From Candidatus Aminicenantes bacterium (GTDB lineage Bacteria > Acidobacteriota > Aminicenantia > UBA2199): a stretch of DNA of 64,000 nt. The stretch spans positions 4,157 through 68,156 of the forward strand of contig JADFDP010000003.1 in assembly GCA_018262835.1 (NCBI GenBank), in the 5' to 3' direction. The notes below the pieces were generated by a model. That model made no database searches, had not been told where the DNA came from, and saw nothing but the letters and a program-made list of their open reading frames with translations. Shown piece after piece: positions 43,879 to 53,434 of the stretch. The stretch's first letter is position 1. The number at the start of each line of letters is the position of its first letter. The position numbers and the translations under genes were made by a program.

Positions 43879-45456
43879 ATGGTCCAGAAGATTCTTTTTA
43901 CGGCTCTCGTTGCCATGGTGCTGATCTTGCCGCTCCGCGCCCAGGAGAAAAATGATCCGCTCCGCGAGAGAGTAGCGACGGTGAATGTGGAGATCCCGGT
44001 GTGGGTCTTTGCCGACGGCAAACCGGTCCTGGGCCTGAAAAAGGAGGATTTTCGTCTCTGGGAAGACGGCCGGCCGCAGTCGATCAACGGCTTTTATATG
44101 GTGAAAAAAAAGATCGCCGGTTTTAAGGAGGAGGCGGCTGCCGCCAACAGCTCTCCCCGCGCCCGCTATTTTGTCCTTGCCTTCCAGGTCTACGATTTCA
44201 ATGACCGGCTGCAAGAAGGGCTGGCACATCTTTTCCAAAAGATACTGTCGCCGCAGGATCGCCTGCTGGTTTTTGTCAATGAAAAAACTCGTGAATACGG
44301 CCAGGTGGGCGACGGGGAGGCGATCCGGGCCGCGATTGAAAACGACCTGCGCCAGCAATCCCGCGTGACCTACAGCCAGCTGCTGCGTTATTTCCGTGAG
44401 TTTGAGCATTGGGCTATAGAGAGTAAGCGCAAAATGATTGAGAGCCGAAACTCGTACGAATCGATCATGTTCACCAACGATTTCCTTAAGCAGTCTGTGG
44501 AAAAAATGAAAGAGTATAAAAGAAAATACATGACCCAGGATATCGACCACTTTTATGCGTTTGCCAGGCACCTGGAAAAAATCAATGATGAAAAGTGGGT
44601 GATCAGTTTTTACCAGCGGGAGATGTTGCCAAGCCTTGCTTTGAGTAGTGAGATGATGCAGATCGTGCAAAAAAAGATCGCGGCATGCGAAGAATCGAAT
44701 GTCCCTGGTTTAAGGGGATTCTATGTTATGTTGACCCAGGCGCTGCAGACACTGCAGACAGAGGCGCGTACAGGGGTCGATTTTCCTGCCATAGAGATCA
44801 GCCGTTTTTTCGCCAGGGTCCATGCCACGTTTCATTCGATTTTAATTAACACCCAGGTTCAACTTGTTGGCGAGGATCTGGAATTCAGGCAAATCGACTC
44901 CGGCCTGGAGACCACCCTGCGGGAACTGACCGAAAAAACCGGGGGCAAACTGATCGCCTCGACCGACCTGGTTTCGTCCCTGTCGGCAATCGCCGAGGCC
45001 GAAGACATCTATTACATGCTGACCTATGAGCCATCCAATCCCGGCAAAAGGGGAAAAATCAAGTTGCAAGTGGCCAATGACAAATACAAGCTGCAGTATG
45101 ACGGGGAGAAGCAGCCAGCATATATGGAGAGGTATATCAAAGAAAAGGAAGCGGCAATGCCGGCCGTGCGCATAAGCGGAATGGACTTTGCGGGGAGGAC
45201 ACTGACCTTCACCATCCGGGATTATGCGCGGACAGCCGGCGGCAGCGGCTTGCTGGACGTCCGCATCCGCGTCCTGAATGAACGCCAGGAAACCAGCTAT
45301 GATCAGAAAAAAGTATTCCGATCCGGCGGCGAAGCCATGGCCTTGTCCCTGGATTTCGCTCATTTGCCGCCGGGGAAATACGATATCGTGGTCGACGTGC
45401 TCGACCGCGTCAGCGGCAAAAGCTGCACGGAGATGATCCAGCCGCAGCTGCTCTGA
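43879..45456 (+). CDS. Secreted VWA-related protein (Acidobacteria-type VWFA-related N-terminal domain)
   Basis: AGGAGG RBS and signal peptide. VATVNVEIPVWVFADGKPVLGLKKEDFRLWEDGRPQSINGF, then RYFVLAFQVYD, resembles the TIGR03436 pattern. This assignment is from memory, not a search. Confidence 0.6.
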   Translation: MVQKILFTALVAMVLILPLRAQEKNDPLRERVATVNVEIPVWVFADGKPVLGLKKEDFRLWEDGRPQSINGFYMVKKKIAGFKEEAAAANSSPRARYFVLAFQVYDFNDRLQEGLAHLFQKILSPQDRLLVFVNEKTREYGQVGDGEAIRAAIENDLRQQSRVTYSQLLRYFREFEHWAIESKRKMIESRNSYESIMFTNDFLKQSVEKMKEYKRKYMTQDIDHFYAFARHLEKINDEKWVISFYQREMLPSLALSSEMMQIVQKKIAACEESNVPGLRGFYVMLTQALQTLQTEARTGVDFPAIEISRFFARVHATFHSILINTQVQLVGEDLEFRQIDSGLETTLRELTEKTGGKLIASTDLVSSLSAIAEAEDIYYMLTYEPSNPGKRGKIKLQVANDKYKLQYDGEKQPAYMERYIKEKEAAMPAVRISGMDFAGRTLTFTIRDYARTAGGSGLLDVRIRVLNERQETSYDQKKVFRSGGEAMALSLDFAHLPPGKYDIVVDVLDRVSGKSCTEMIQPQLL

Positions 45457-45534
45457 AGCTGAAATCCCTGCCAGTCCCCCGGTACTTCCCCCCCGGTTTG
45501 TGGTATCATGCCTTGGAAAACAACGGAGGCTGCG

Positions 45535-46245
45535 ATGAAGGGATTGGCCTACGGCATTGCCGACGAAGTGTTTGCGCGCTTTCCTGAATACCGGCGCGGG
45601 GTGGTTTTGGCCTACGATGTGCGCAACGGCGCCTCGACGATGGGGTTGGTCAAGATGCTGCGCGACGTGGAAAAGGCGGCGCGGGAACGCCTGCATGTGG
45701 ATACGCTGACCGCGGAGCCGCGCCTAGCCTCCTGGCGCGAGGCGTTCCGCCAGCTCGGCTACAAGCCCGGCGACTTCCGACCGTCCATCGAGGCGCTGCT
45801 GCGCCGCGTGCTGCGCGGGCAGGAACTTCCTTCGATCAATGCCCTGGTCGACATCGGCAACATTGTCTCCCTGCGCCACCTGCTGCCGGTCGGCGGCCAT
45901 GCCATTGACGGGCTGACCGGGGATATCGCCCTGCGCCCGGCTTCCGGAGCCGAAGAATTCGTTGCCTTCGGATCGGATGAGATGGAGCACCCGGCTCCCG
46001 GTGAATTCGTTTTTGCAGAAGGGGACAAGGTCCTGACACGGCGCTGGATCTGGCGCCAGGCCAAACACACATTGACTTTGCCGGAAACTACGGCCATTGA
46101 ATTCAACATCGACGGCCTGCCGCTGTCAGGCAGGGCTGATGTTGAAGCCGCGGGCAAAGACGTGATGGAACTGGTCAAACTCTTCTGTGCCGGCAAGATG
46201 CAGTTCAAGATTCTCGACCATCAGAGCCCATGTTTTAAATTTTAG
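45535..46245 (+). CDS. B3/B4 tRNA-binding-domain protein
   Basis: 236 aa. SINALVDIGNIVSLRHLLPVGGHAID is typical of the B3_4 domain. Confidence 0.75.
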   Translation: MKGLAYGIADEVFARFPEYRRGVVLAYDVRNGASTMGLVKMLRDVEKAARERLHVDTLTAEPRLASWREAFRQLGYKPGDFRPSIEALLRRVLRGQELPSINALVDIGNIVSLRHLLPVGGHAIDGLTGDIALRPASGAEEFVAFGSDEMEHPAPGEFVFAEGDKVLTRRWIWRQAKHTLTLPETTAIEFNIDGLPLSGRADVEAAGKDVMELVKLFCAGKMQFKILDHQSPCFKF

Positions 46246-46326
46246 GCTGGTATATCTTCTATTACCTTTTGGCAATTTCAATGATCGATTATAAATAAAA
46301 ATATATTGAATAATAATAAAAAAATA

Positions 46327-46355
46327 TTGACAAGCGGTTTTATTTATACTATAAC
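46327..46355 (+). promoter_or_regulatory. Sigma-70-like promoter
   Basis: TTGACA, 17-nt spacer, TATAAC, within an AT-rich spacer. AAAGGAGG RBS downstream. Confidence 0.55.
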
Positions 46356-46379
46356 TTATCCTTAAGAAAGGAGGAAGAC

Positions 46380-47030
46380 ATGAAAGCAATCGGACCGCGA
46401 TCCTTGGCCGGATTTCTCAAGGTGCTTATTTATCTGGCTTTCGGCCTTGGCATCCTGTATTTCCTCTACCAGATGTGGGGATTCGCCACGATCTACCGGC
46501 ACGCCGATGATTTGGGAAAGTACATGCACATGTCGTCCAGCATCTACCAGTTGACCGACCAGGAGCCGGAGCACAGGGAGTACCGGTCGGAGAACGGCCG
46601 GGTGCGCTTCTCCCTGCACGGTCTGTATGGAGAATTGCGCTACCGCAACATGACCCGCCGCATGCTCCTGGTCCTCGGCTTCGGCGAGCTGGTCCTCTTC
46701 TTTTGCTTTTTTTTGGCCATCATCGAGCTGGCCAACCTCTTCGAGGACTTGAGCGCCGGGAAGGTTTTTGAGGCGGACAGCGCCCGCCGCCTGCGGCGGA
46801 TCGGCCTGGCCGTGGTCGGCGGCACACTGTTCAGCCCTCTCTGGAACGTACTGTGGGTCTGGCTGTTCCGCGGCGACGTCGTCGTACCCGGCACGCGTAT
46901 TCCCTGGATCTTGTTTGTTTGGACACGGGTCAACCTGGGTCTGCTGCTGGGCGGGCTGCTGTTGCTGGTGGTTGCGGAAGCATTTCGTATCGGGTACAAG
47001 CTGCACGAAGAGCAGCAGCTGACGGTGTGA
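46380..47030 (+). CDS. DUF2975 membrane protein
   Basis: 216 aa with 4 transmembrane segments. It is paired with a YozG-type HTH gene, which is typical for this family. Confidence 0.75.
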   Translation: MKAIGPRSLAGFLKVLIYLAFGLGILYFLYQMWGFATIYRHADDLGKYMHMSSSIYQLTDQEPEHREYRSENGRVRFSLHGLYGELRYRNMTRRMLLVLGFGELVLFFCFFLAIIELANLFEDLSAGKVFEADSARRLRRIGLAVVGGTLFSPLWNVLWVWLFRGDVVVPGTRIPWILFVWTRVNLGLLLGGLLLLVVAEAFRIGYKLHEEQQLTV

Positions 47031-47037
47031 GGGAACC

Positions 47038-47280
47038 GTGCCGATCCTGCTCAACCTGGATATGATGCTGGTCAGGCGCAAGATGAAGCTGACCGAGCTG
47101 GCCGAACGCGTGGGCATTACCCTGGCCAATCTCTCGATCCTCAAGCAGGACAAGGCCCGCGCCATCCGCTTCTCGACCCTGGAGGCGCTCTGCCGCGAAC
47201 TGCAATGCCAGCCCGGCGACCTGCTGGAGTATCGTCCGAGCGTTGATGTTGCCGGAACCGACAGGGAGGTGATAGGATGA
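47038..47280 (+). CDS. YozG-like XRE-family HTH regulator
   Basis: GTG start. LDMMLVRRKMKLTELAERVGITLANLSILKQDKARAIRFSTLEALCRELQCQPGDLLEY. Confidence 0.85.
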   Translation: MPILLNLDMMLVRRKMKLTELAERVGITLANLSILKQDKARAIRFSTLEALCRELQCQPGDLLEYRPSVDVAGTDREVIG

Positions 47281-47468
47281 CCCGTCCATCCATCAAGCTT
47301 TACCGTCTGCGCGGATTTTTCGTCTTTTACCTTGTGCTGAAATCGCTCGTCGGGGCAGTGGTCGCCGCCGCTGAGCTCTTGCGGCCCAAAGTGCCGGGGC
47401 CATTCTTTTCCCGGTGTAAAATGGATTTTGACTGGAAAAAGCAAACGTTCACGCCGATCCAATCGTAA
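47277..47468 (+). CDS. Possible small membrane protein
   Basis: 63 aa. ATGA overlap with the HTH stop and one hydrophobic segment. No other support. Confidence 0.3.
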   Translation: MTRPSIKLYRLRGFFVFYLVLKSLVGAVVAAAELLRPKVPGPFFSRCKMDFDWKKQTFTPIQS

Positions 47469-47473
47469 TAGCC

Positions 47474-48988
47474 ATGATGAAATGCTTCTGGCCCGGAAAA
47501 AGAATTGCGATTTTTTTGTTGCTGCTGGTCCTCGCCCCGCCGCCGCGCTTCGGCGCCTTTGCCGCTGCTTACGATCCCGAGAAAAAAATCCCGGTAAAAT
47601 CCCTGCGGGAGGACTTGCTGTTGATGCATACGGCCCTGACCGAAGCCCATGGCGCCATTGACCGCTATACGCCTTTGCCGGAATGGGAACGCCAGTTCGC
47701 CGCCGCGCTGGAACGGATCGACCGGCCCATGGGCGAGCGCGAATTTTACCTGCTGCTGGCGCCGCTCGTTGCCGCCATCCGCTGCGGCCATACTACCATT
47801 CAGCCTTCCACCGCCTGGCGGGACCACATGCGGAAAAACATGCCGCTCTTCCCCTTCAAACTCAAATTCATCAACGGAGTCGCCCATGCCCAGCGCAACT
47901 ACAGCCAGTTCGAGAAACTGGACATGGGGTTGGAGATCATGGCCATCAACGGCATGGCGATGAGAGATGTTGTTGACCGGATGCTGGCCATGATTCCCGC
48001 TGATGCCGATATCCGGACCGCCAAATTGAGCAAGCTTGAAAGCACCTTGTATTTCGGGTCCTGGTACAACCTGCTTTTCGGCAAAACCAGCAAATACGAG
48101 ACGGTCTTCCGCCCGCAGGCGGAAAAAAAGGTTGCGGACGTCAAGGCGACCGGCATCCGGGCCACCAAGCTGAATGAGGTTTTTACCCGCCGTTATCCGG
48201 TCGCGGCCCGCAGCGATACGGCGGCGCCGATCAAGCTGGAATTTTCCACCGCCGGCACCCCGGTCATCGCGGTGCTGACCATCTACACCTTCAATGCCGC
48301 CGCTTACAAGGAAGCCGGTTTTGCCTTTCCGGCATTCCTGGCAAAGGCCTTCGGTGAAATCCGGGATAAGAAAGTCCGCCACTTGCTGATCGACATGCGT
48401 TACAACAACGGCGGCGACGACGCTTTTGGGAAAATCCTAGCCGCCCACCTGATGGACAAGCCTTTTCAATACTACCAGGCCCTGGAGGCCAAGACGGCGG
48501 ACTTTTCCTTCTGGAATTTCACCAATCGGCCCGATCGCGTGAAAGATCTCGCTGCCCGCATCCGGCGCAACGATCGGGGAGGCTATGACGTGCTGGATCA
48601 TCCGAATCTCGGCTGGCAGAAGCCGCGCATGCCCTTTTTTTGGGGGAAGGTCTATGTGCTGCTCAATGGCGGCACCTTTTCGACCGCCGGCGAATGCGCC
48701 TCCGTGCTTCATTTTCACAAACGGGCCCGTTTCATCGGTTCCGAATGCGGCTCCGGTTATTTCGGCAATACCTCCGGTCAGGGCCTGGTCCTGACCTTGC
48801 CCCACACCGGCATCCGGGTCGGGATTCCGCTCTGCAAGGTCACCATGGCGGTTTCGGGCCATGACCCCAACCGCGGCATCCTGCCCGACCATCCGTTCCA
48901 GCCGTCCCGCGCCGACATGCTGCTGGAAACGGACGTCGAACTGGCTTTTGCCTTCAGCGTTATTTTACAGGAGGCCCGGGGCGAATGA
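47474..48988 (+). CDS. S41 family peptidase, secreted
   Basis: 504 aa with a signal peptide. LLIDMRYNNGGD and NGGTFSTAGE motifs. Confidence 0.75.
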   Translation: MMKCFWPGKRIAIFLLLLVLAPPPRFGAFAAAYDPEKKIPVKSLREDLLLMHTALTEAHGAIDRYTPLPEWERQFAAALERIDRPMGEREFYLLLAPLVAAIRCGHTTIQPSTAWRDHMRKNMPLFPFKLKFINGVAHAQRNYSQFEKLDMGLEIMAINGMAMRDVVDRMLAMIPADADIRTAKLSKLESTLYFGSWYNLLFGKTSKYETVFRPQAEKKVADVKATGIRATKLNEVFTRRYPVAARSDTAAPIKLEFSTAGTPVIAVLTIYTFNAAAYKEAGFAFPAFLAKAFGEIRDKKVRHLLIDMRYNNGGDDAFGKILAAHLMDKPFQYYQALEAKTADFSFWNFTNRPDRVKDLAARIRRNDRGGYDVLDHPNLGWQKPRMPFFWGKVYVLLNGGTFSTAGECASVLHFHKRARFIGSECGSGYFGNTSGQGLVLTLPHTGIRVGIPLCKVTMAVSGHDPNRGILPDHPFQPSRADMLLETDVELAFAFSVILQEARGE

Positions 48989-49305
48989 GGCCGTGTTCAC
49001 CGGCAGCCGTCAAAAAATTGCAGCTTTGGTATCTCTACCTGATCCGCTGCGGCGACGGCAGCGTCTATACCGGGGTCTCCAATGATGTATCCCGGCGCCT
49101 GGCCGAACATCGGAGCGGCAAAGGGGCCCGCTACCTGCGCGGCCGCGGGCCGCTGCTCCTGGCCCGCAAGGTCCGTGTCGGCAGCCACGGCGATGCCCTC
49201 AGGGCCGAACGCCGGGTGAAGCGCCTGCGGCGTGCGCGCAAGGAGAAACTGATCGCGGGGAAGATCAGGTTAAAGGACTTGATCAAGAAAAACAAGCTAC
49301 AGTGA
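48985..49305 (+). CDS. GIY-YIG nuclease superfamily protein (UPF0213-like)
   Basis: WYLYLIRCGDGSVYTGVSNDVSRRLAEHRSG. ATGA overlap with the S41 stop. Confidence 0.85.
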   Translation: MRPCSPAAVKKLQLWYLYLIRCGDGSVYTGVSNDVSRRLAEHRSGKGARYLRGRGPLLLARKVRVGSHGDALRAERRVKRLRRARKEKLIAGKIRLKDLIKKNKLQ

Positions 49306-49390
49306 CAAGTGATGAGTGACAAGGAACCGCAATAGTTCGCACCCTGGCCGCTCCTCGTCACTTGTTACTGGTCACTCGCCACTTTAGTTC
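49302..49390. repeat. Heptad-periodic hairpin element F between convergent genes
   Basis: GTGACAA GTGATGA GTGACAA GG. Loop with CCGCAATAGTTCGCACC. TCGTCAC TTGTTAC TGGTCAC TCGCCAC, then TTTAGTTC. The first heptad contains the GIY-YIG stop codon. Confidence 0.7.
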
Positions 49391-49400
49391 TATTGAATTC

Positions 49401-49868
49401 TCAGCCTCCCGCCGTCTGCGGAAACGCCGTGTTCGAATAGAGGTACTCGACCTTTTCCTTGTGCTTCAGCTCCTGGTCGGCCATTTTCAGCAGCATCTCC
49501 CTGACTTCGCCGGCGGGCTGCGCCGCGGCCAGGCCCTTGTAAAAATTATATGAATTCAATTCGCGGTGGGCGGCCACCAGGTAGACCTCGCTGCTGTTCA
49601 TGTCTTTCTTCAGGTCGGGCCTGTCGGCGTACTGGGCGATGTGGTAGTCGATGGGTTCGTCCATGGCCAGGGCGGTGAACTTTTTTTCGCCTCTCAGGTA
49701 GGCCAGCAGGAATTCCTTGTGGGCGAGCTCCTCGCCGGCGAGATATTTCAACGTTTCCTTGGCCAGGGGATCTTCCACCAGGTCGAAAAGGCCCAGGTAA
49801 AAGGTCCGGGCTTCTTCCTCGTTCCGAACTGCTTTTTCGATCAGGCTCTGCAGGCTTTGCGTTCTCAT
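49401..49868 (-). CDS. Ferritin-like (rubrerythrin-type) diiron protein
   Basis: 155 aa. E..EEEAR, EELAH and QELKHKE motifs. It is a paralogue of the C-terminal part of the 29920 protein. Confidence 0.8.
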   Translation of the reverse strand: MRTQSLQSLIEKAVRNEEEARTFYLGLFDLVEDPLAKETLKYLAGEELAHKEFLLAYLRGEKKFTALAMDEPIDYHIAQYADRPDLKKDMNSSEVYLVAAHRELNSYNFYKGLAAAQPAGEVREMLLKMADQELKHKEKVEYLYSNTAFPQTAGG

Positions 49869-49894
49869 TTTAATGCCTCCTGAAATTCATGGCT

Positions 49895-51001
49895 TTACAA
49901 ATTCAAAACCGCACTGAAAACAAGCTGGTTGGTCTTGATTTTAGCAGACTGGTAGGGTTGGCTCAGGAAATGGGCGAATTCCAGCCCGAAACTCACGCCG
50001 CTGCCGGCGGCGTATTGCACTCCCGCCAGCAGGCAGCTGGTTTTTTTCAACTCTCTGGCGGCCAGCTGCTTCTCATCGTTCAGGTCCTCAAAGGCATAGC
50101 CCAGCCAGCCGCTGAACTTGTTCCTGGCCAGCAGCAGCTCCGACCAGAAAGCCGATACCTGCTTGGCCGCGAATTCCGCCTGCAGGACATCGGCGTACCA
50201 GGCCGAGCGGCTGGAAACGTAGGCCAGGTTTTCCCCCAGGGCGTATTCGCCTTTCAGCGAGAGGTGCTTGCAGACGGCCAGGTTCCAGTCCAGGCCCAGG
50301 CCGGAGAGGTTGACCTTGTTTTTGAAGGAGACGGTCGTGCTTGCGGCGTTCTCCCGGCCGTAGAGGCCAGAGAGGCCGAACTGCAACTTGTTGTTCGCGC
50401 CCAGCTTGAGCCCCAGTCGCCCCTGCAGGACCGGCATCAGGGTGGCCCAGCCGCCCACGGTTGCGGGATCGTTGAGCGAGACGGCGAAGTCCAGGCGCGG
50501 GGCCGAATACGTATAGCGCACCTGGGCGTGGCGGAAGCCGAGGTTGCCTGTCTGCCATAGGTAGCCATTGGTCATCAGCGTGGTGGGTCCCAGCGGCGAA
50601 AACAGATCCCAGGCCTGGCCGAAGAGCAGGGTGTGGCCGCTCTTCTGCAGGCTGAAATAGCCCTGGCGGAAACGGGGCTTCATCTGGGTAGGGCTGCTGG
50701 TATCCAAAAAGTCCATTTCCAGGAGGGCCGATACGGTCATGCCGTTGGCCAGGGGCGTCCCGACATACTTGAGGCCGATGCGGCTGTGGGTGGCGGAGAG
50801 GTAGGCGTTTCCATCCCCGTCGACGGCGTAACGGGGAATGGTCAGCCCGTTGACCCCGGCGTCCTGATAGACGGCGTCGAGCTTAAAAAATCCTGACAAC
50901 TGCAATTTGCTTTTTTCAGTGTCGAGCAGGGTGACATCGGCGAAGGAGCGCAGGCTGGGCAGGAGAATCAGCGCCAGGACCAAAAATAGACATTTCTTCA
51001 T
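49895..51001 (-). CDS. Putative outer-membrane beta-barrel porin
   Basis: Start at MKKCLFLVLALILLPSLRSFA (signal peptide). Alternating amphipathic beta-strand pattern throughout. Confidence 0.6.
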   Translation of the reverse strand: MKKCLFLVLALILLPSLRSFADVTLLDTEKSKLQLSGFFKLDAVYQDAGVNGLTIPRYAVDGDGNAYLSATHSRIGLKYVGTPLANGMTVSALLEMDFLDTSSPTQMKPRFRQGYFSLQKSGHTLLFGQAWDLFSPLGPTTLMTNGYLWQTGNLGFRHAQVRYTYSAPRLDFAVSLNDPATVGGWATLMPVLQGRLGLKLGANNKLQFGLSGLYGRENAASTTVSFKNKVNLSGLGLDWNLAVCKHLSLKGEYALGENLAYVSSRSAWYADVLQAEFAAKQVSAFWSELLLARNKFSGWLGYAFEDLNDEKQLAARELKKTSCLLAGVQYAAGSGVSFGLEFAHFLSQPYQSAKIKTNQLVFSAVLNL

Positions 51002-51074
51002 GGTGGACCTCACTTTTTTTTGCATTTTACCTTATTTCCAGGGAGAAATTCAAGAGATAAAATTATCTTTTTAA

Positions 51075-51827
51075 CTAAAAATTCAGCAGGATCGGCCGCG
51101 GCTTGAGCACGTGGCCGACCAGGGTCAGGCCGCTCTGGCGCACGATCTCCAGCGCCTTGCTGGTCAGGGTGGTCTGGGAAACCAGGGTGGGGATGCCGGC
51201 GTGCAGGACTTTCAAGGCCATTTCCGCTGAAACGCGGCCGGTAATGAAAAGGGCGGTGCGGGAGAAATCCATTCCCTGGGCAAGCCCCCAGCCGATGACC
51301 TTGTCCACGCTGTTGCTGCGGCCAATGTCCTCCCGGCTGACCAGGATGCTTTGCATTTTCATGTCGGCCAGCATGGAACAATGGATGCCCCCGTGCCTCC
51401 GGAACATTTCCATGCGCTTGGGCAGCTGCTCCATCAGCCGCACGGCCTGGGCCAGGGTGAGATCATAGCCCCTGGATACCCGGGGCGGAGTGGAGAACAG
51501 GCCCGGTTGTACGTCACCACCCGAACAAGCGACCACCTGGACCGGTTGGTACCGGTCCAGCCGCGGTGCAACCGAGGGCTTCAACCGTACCAGGGCCTGG
51601 TCGCCCTGGAAGCGGAGAGCGGCGACATCACCCGGGGTTTGGACCAGGCCCTGAGAGAAAAGCCAGCCCAGGACCAGTTCCTTGCGGTCGAAGGGCGAGC
51701 AGCTCAAACGGCTCAAGGGGCGGCCGTCCACCGTGATGGTCAGCAGCACTTCTTCGGGCAGCGTCACCAGGCCTGTTTCCCCGGGGTTTTCAGGAACCGG
51801 TTTGTTTTTTGCTTTGCAGGTAGTCAT
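51075..51827 (-). CDS. fdhD: Formate dehydrogenase accessory sulfurtransferase FdhD
   Basis: 250 aa from ATG 51827. Contains SCSGG, RHGGIHCSML and SAEMALKVLHAGIPTLVS. Confidence 0.88.
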   Translation of the reverse strand: MTTCKAKNKPVPENPGETGLVTLPEEVLLTITVDGRPLSRLSCSPFDRKELVLGWLFSQGLVQTPGDVAALRFQGDQALVRLKPSVAPRLDRYQPVQVVACSGGDVQPGLFSTPPRVSRGYDLTLAQAVRLMEQLPKRMEMFRRHGGIHCSMLADMKMQSILVSREDIGRSNSVDKVIGWGLAQGMDFSRTALFITGRVSAEMALKVLHAGIPTLVSQTTLTSKALEIVRQSGLTLVGHVLKPRPILLNF

Positions 51828-52377
51828 GGTATTCCTCAAGGGTGTTCAGATTTCTGAACCATTTTTGCCCGTCCATGGGAACAAATTCGGTGCGGCAGAT
51901 CTTGAAAAGGGACGATATCCTGCGGTCGCCGCCTTCGATCTGCCGCTCGATGGTCGGGATGATGCTGCGGTTGTAGACGGCAAACAAGGGCTCGGTTTTC
52001 CCGTCACGGTAGCGGGGAACGACGATTTCCCAGTGTGGTGCTTTGGCCAGGAGCGTCTGCAAAAACGGAATATGGATCCAGGGGATATCGCAGGCCAGGA
52101 TGAAGTTGCCGGCACGAGGCGAGGCGCGCAGCGCCGATAAAATGGCCAGCAGCGGCCCCTGGCCCGGCGCTTCGTCCTCGACGACCGGCAAGTCCAAAAA
52201 AGTGAATTTTCTCTTGTCCCCGGCGCTGATCATGATCTGGCCGAAGCATGGGCGGATCTGCTCGATGACCGCTTCGATCAGGGGCCGGCCGCCCACCGGC
52301 AGCAGCGATTTTTCCCGGCGCATGCGCCGGCTCTGGCCCCCGGCCAGGACGATCGCCGCCAGTGGATCGGGTATCAT
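51790..52377 (-). CDS. mobA: Molybdenum cofactor guanylyltransferase
   Basis: 195 aa. AIVLAGGQSRRM, GPL and ACDIP motifs. Confidence 0.88.
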   Translation of the reverse strand: MIPDPLAAIVLAGGQSRRMRREKSLLPVGGRPLIEAVIEQIRPCFGQIMISAGDKRKFTFLDLPVVEDEAPGQGPLLAILSALRASPRAGNFILACDIPWIHIPFLQTLLAKAPHWEIVVPRYRDGKTEPLFAVYNRSIIPTIERQIEGGDRRISSLFKICRTEFVPMDGQKWFRNLNTLEEYHDYLQSKKQTGS

Positions 52378-52392
52378 GGAGATCTGAAAGCC

Positions 52393-52791
52393 TCAGGAAC
52401 CGGGCTGGATTTTTTCTTTGCTGATGAACCCTTCTTCCAGGCCTGCCGATTTTTTCTTTAAAAAACCGACAAGAAAATCACGCTGCTTCTGGTCCAGGGC
52501 TTTAAACCTGGCGCCGATGGAAAAGAGCAGGCCCGGAGCCAGGGAGGGATATCTTTTCGTATCGAAAGCGGCTACTTCGGCGCGGGTGATCTCGATCTCG
52601 AAATCCTGCTGGCTGTCGTCGCTGTTGTGGATCAGGAAAATTTTATATTTCGAGCCGATGACCGGCTGAAAATTACTGACCAGGTTGAGGCCGTCGATGC
52701 TGATGTTGTTGACCAGAATGCCGACCACGTTGAACAGCTTGCCTTTCATGTCCTGCTGAACGTCGTAGCGTGTGCTTTTTCTTTTTTCCAT
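52393..52791 (-). CDS. PilZ domain protein
   Basis: 132 aa. KRKSTRYDV...NISIDGLNL (RxxxR...DxSxxG-like). Confidence 0.75.
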   Translation of the reverse strand: MEKRKSTRYDVQQDMKGKLFNVVGILVNNISIDGLNLVSNFQPVIGSKYKIFLIHNSDDSQQDFEIEITRAEVAAFDTKRYPSLAPGLLFSIGARFKALDQKQRDFLVGFLKKKSAGLEEGFISKEKIQPGS

Positions 52792-52843
52792 GCTTCACCT
52801 GACATTGAATCGCCGGATCATATTAACACAAAAAAAAAATATT

Positions 52844-53434
52844 TCAATTGCCGGCCGGCTTGAGCTTTTGCAGAAAATCCTCAGGGTACGGCTGCATTTC
52901 GATTTTTTCATCGTAGGCCGTGAATCCGGCCTTGCGATAAACGGCCAGGGCAGCGGGATGGTCGTAAGCGCAGGTATGCAGCCAGACCCTTTCCGGGCTT
53001 GCATGCCAGGCGCGGTGAATGGTCCAGTCAAGCAAGTACTTGCCCAGGCCGCGGCCGATGAATTCGGGCAGCAGGCCGAAATAGGCAATCTCGGTCTGTC
53101 CCGGATCGCGCCGGTCCAGTTCAATGAATCCGGCCGTTTGGCCATCGCAGCGCAGCCTGAAAACCTCAGTCGTTCCGGCGTGGATCAGGGCTTTCAATTC
53201 TTCTTCAGCCATGATCAGCCTGCCGCTCCAGCCCCACCTGCCGCCCACGGTGGTGAACAGAGATCGGTACGCAGGCAGCGGCGGGAGCCGCCAGCGGCGG
53301 ATGACGCAGCCGGCAGGGGCCTTGGGGAGATTAGGCACTGTGTTGCGGCGCATTTCCAGGTATACGGTCATGACCGGAACCATTTCATAACCTGCCGGAC
53401 ATTGGGGAACATCATTTTGCCTATTCATATCCAT
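52844..53434 (-). CDS. GNAT family N-acetyltransferase
   Basis: YFGLLPEFIGRGLGKYLL acetyl-CoA motif. Start uncertain. Confidence 0.8.
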   Translation of the reverse strand: MDMNRQNDVPQCPAGYEMVPVMTVYLEMRRNTVPNLPKAPAGCVIRRWRLPPLPAYRSLFTTVGGRWGWSGRLIMAEEELKALIHAGTTEVFRLRCDGQTAGFIELDRRDPGQTEIAYFGLLPEFIGRGLGKYLLDWTIHRAWHASPERVWLHTCAYDHPAALAVYRKAGFTAYDEKIEMQPYPEDFLQKLKPAGN

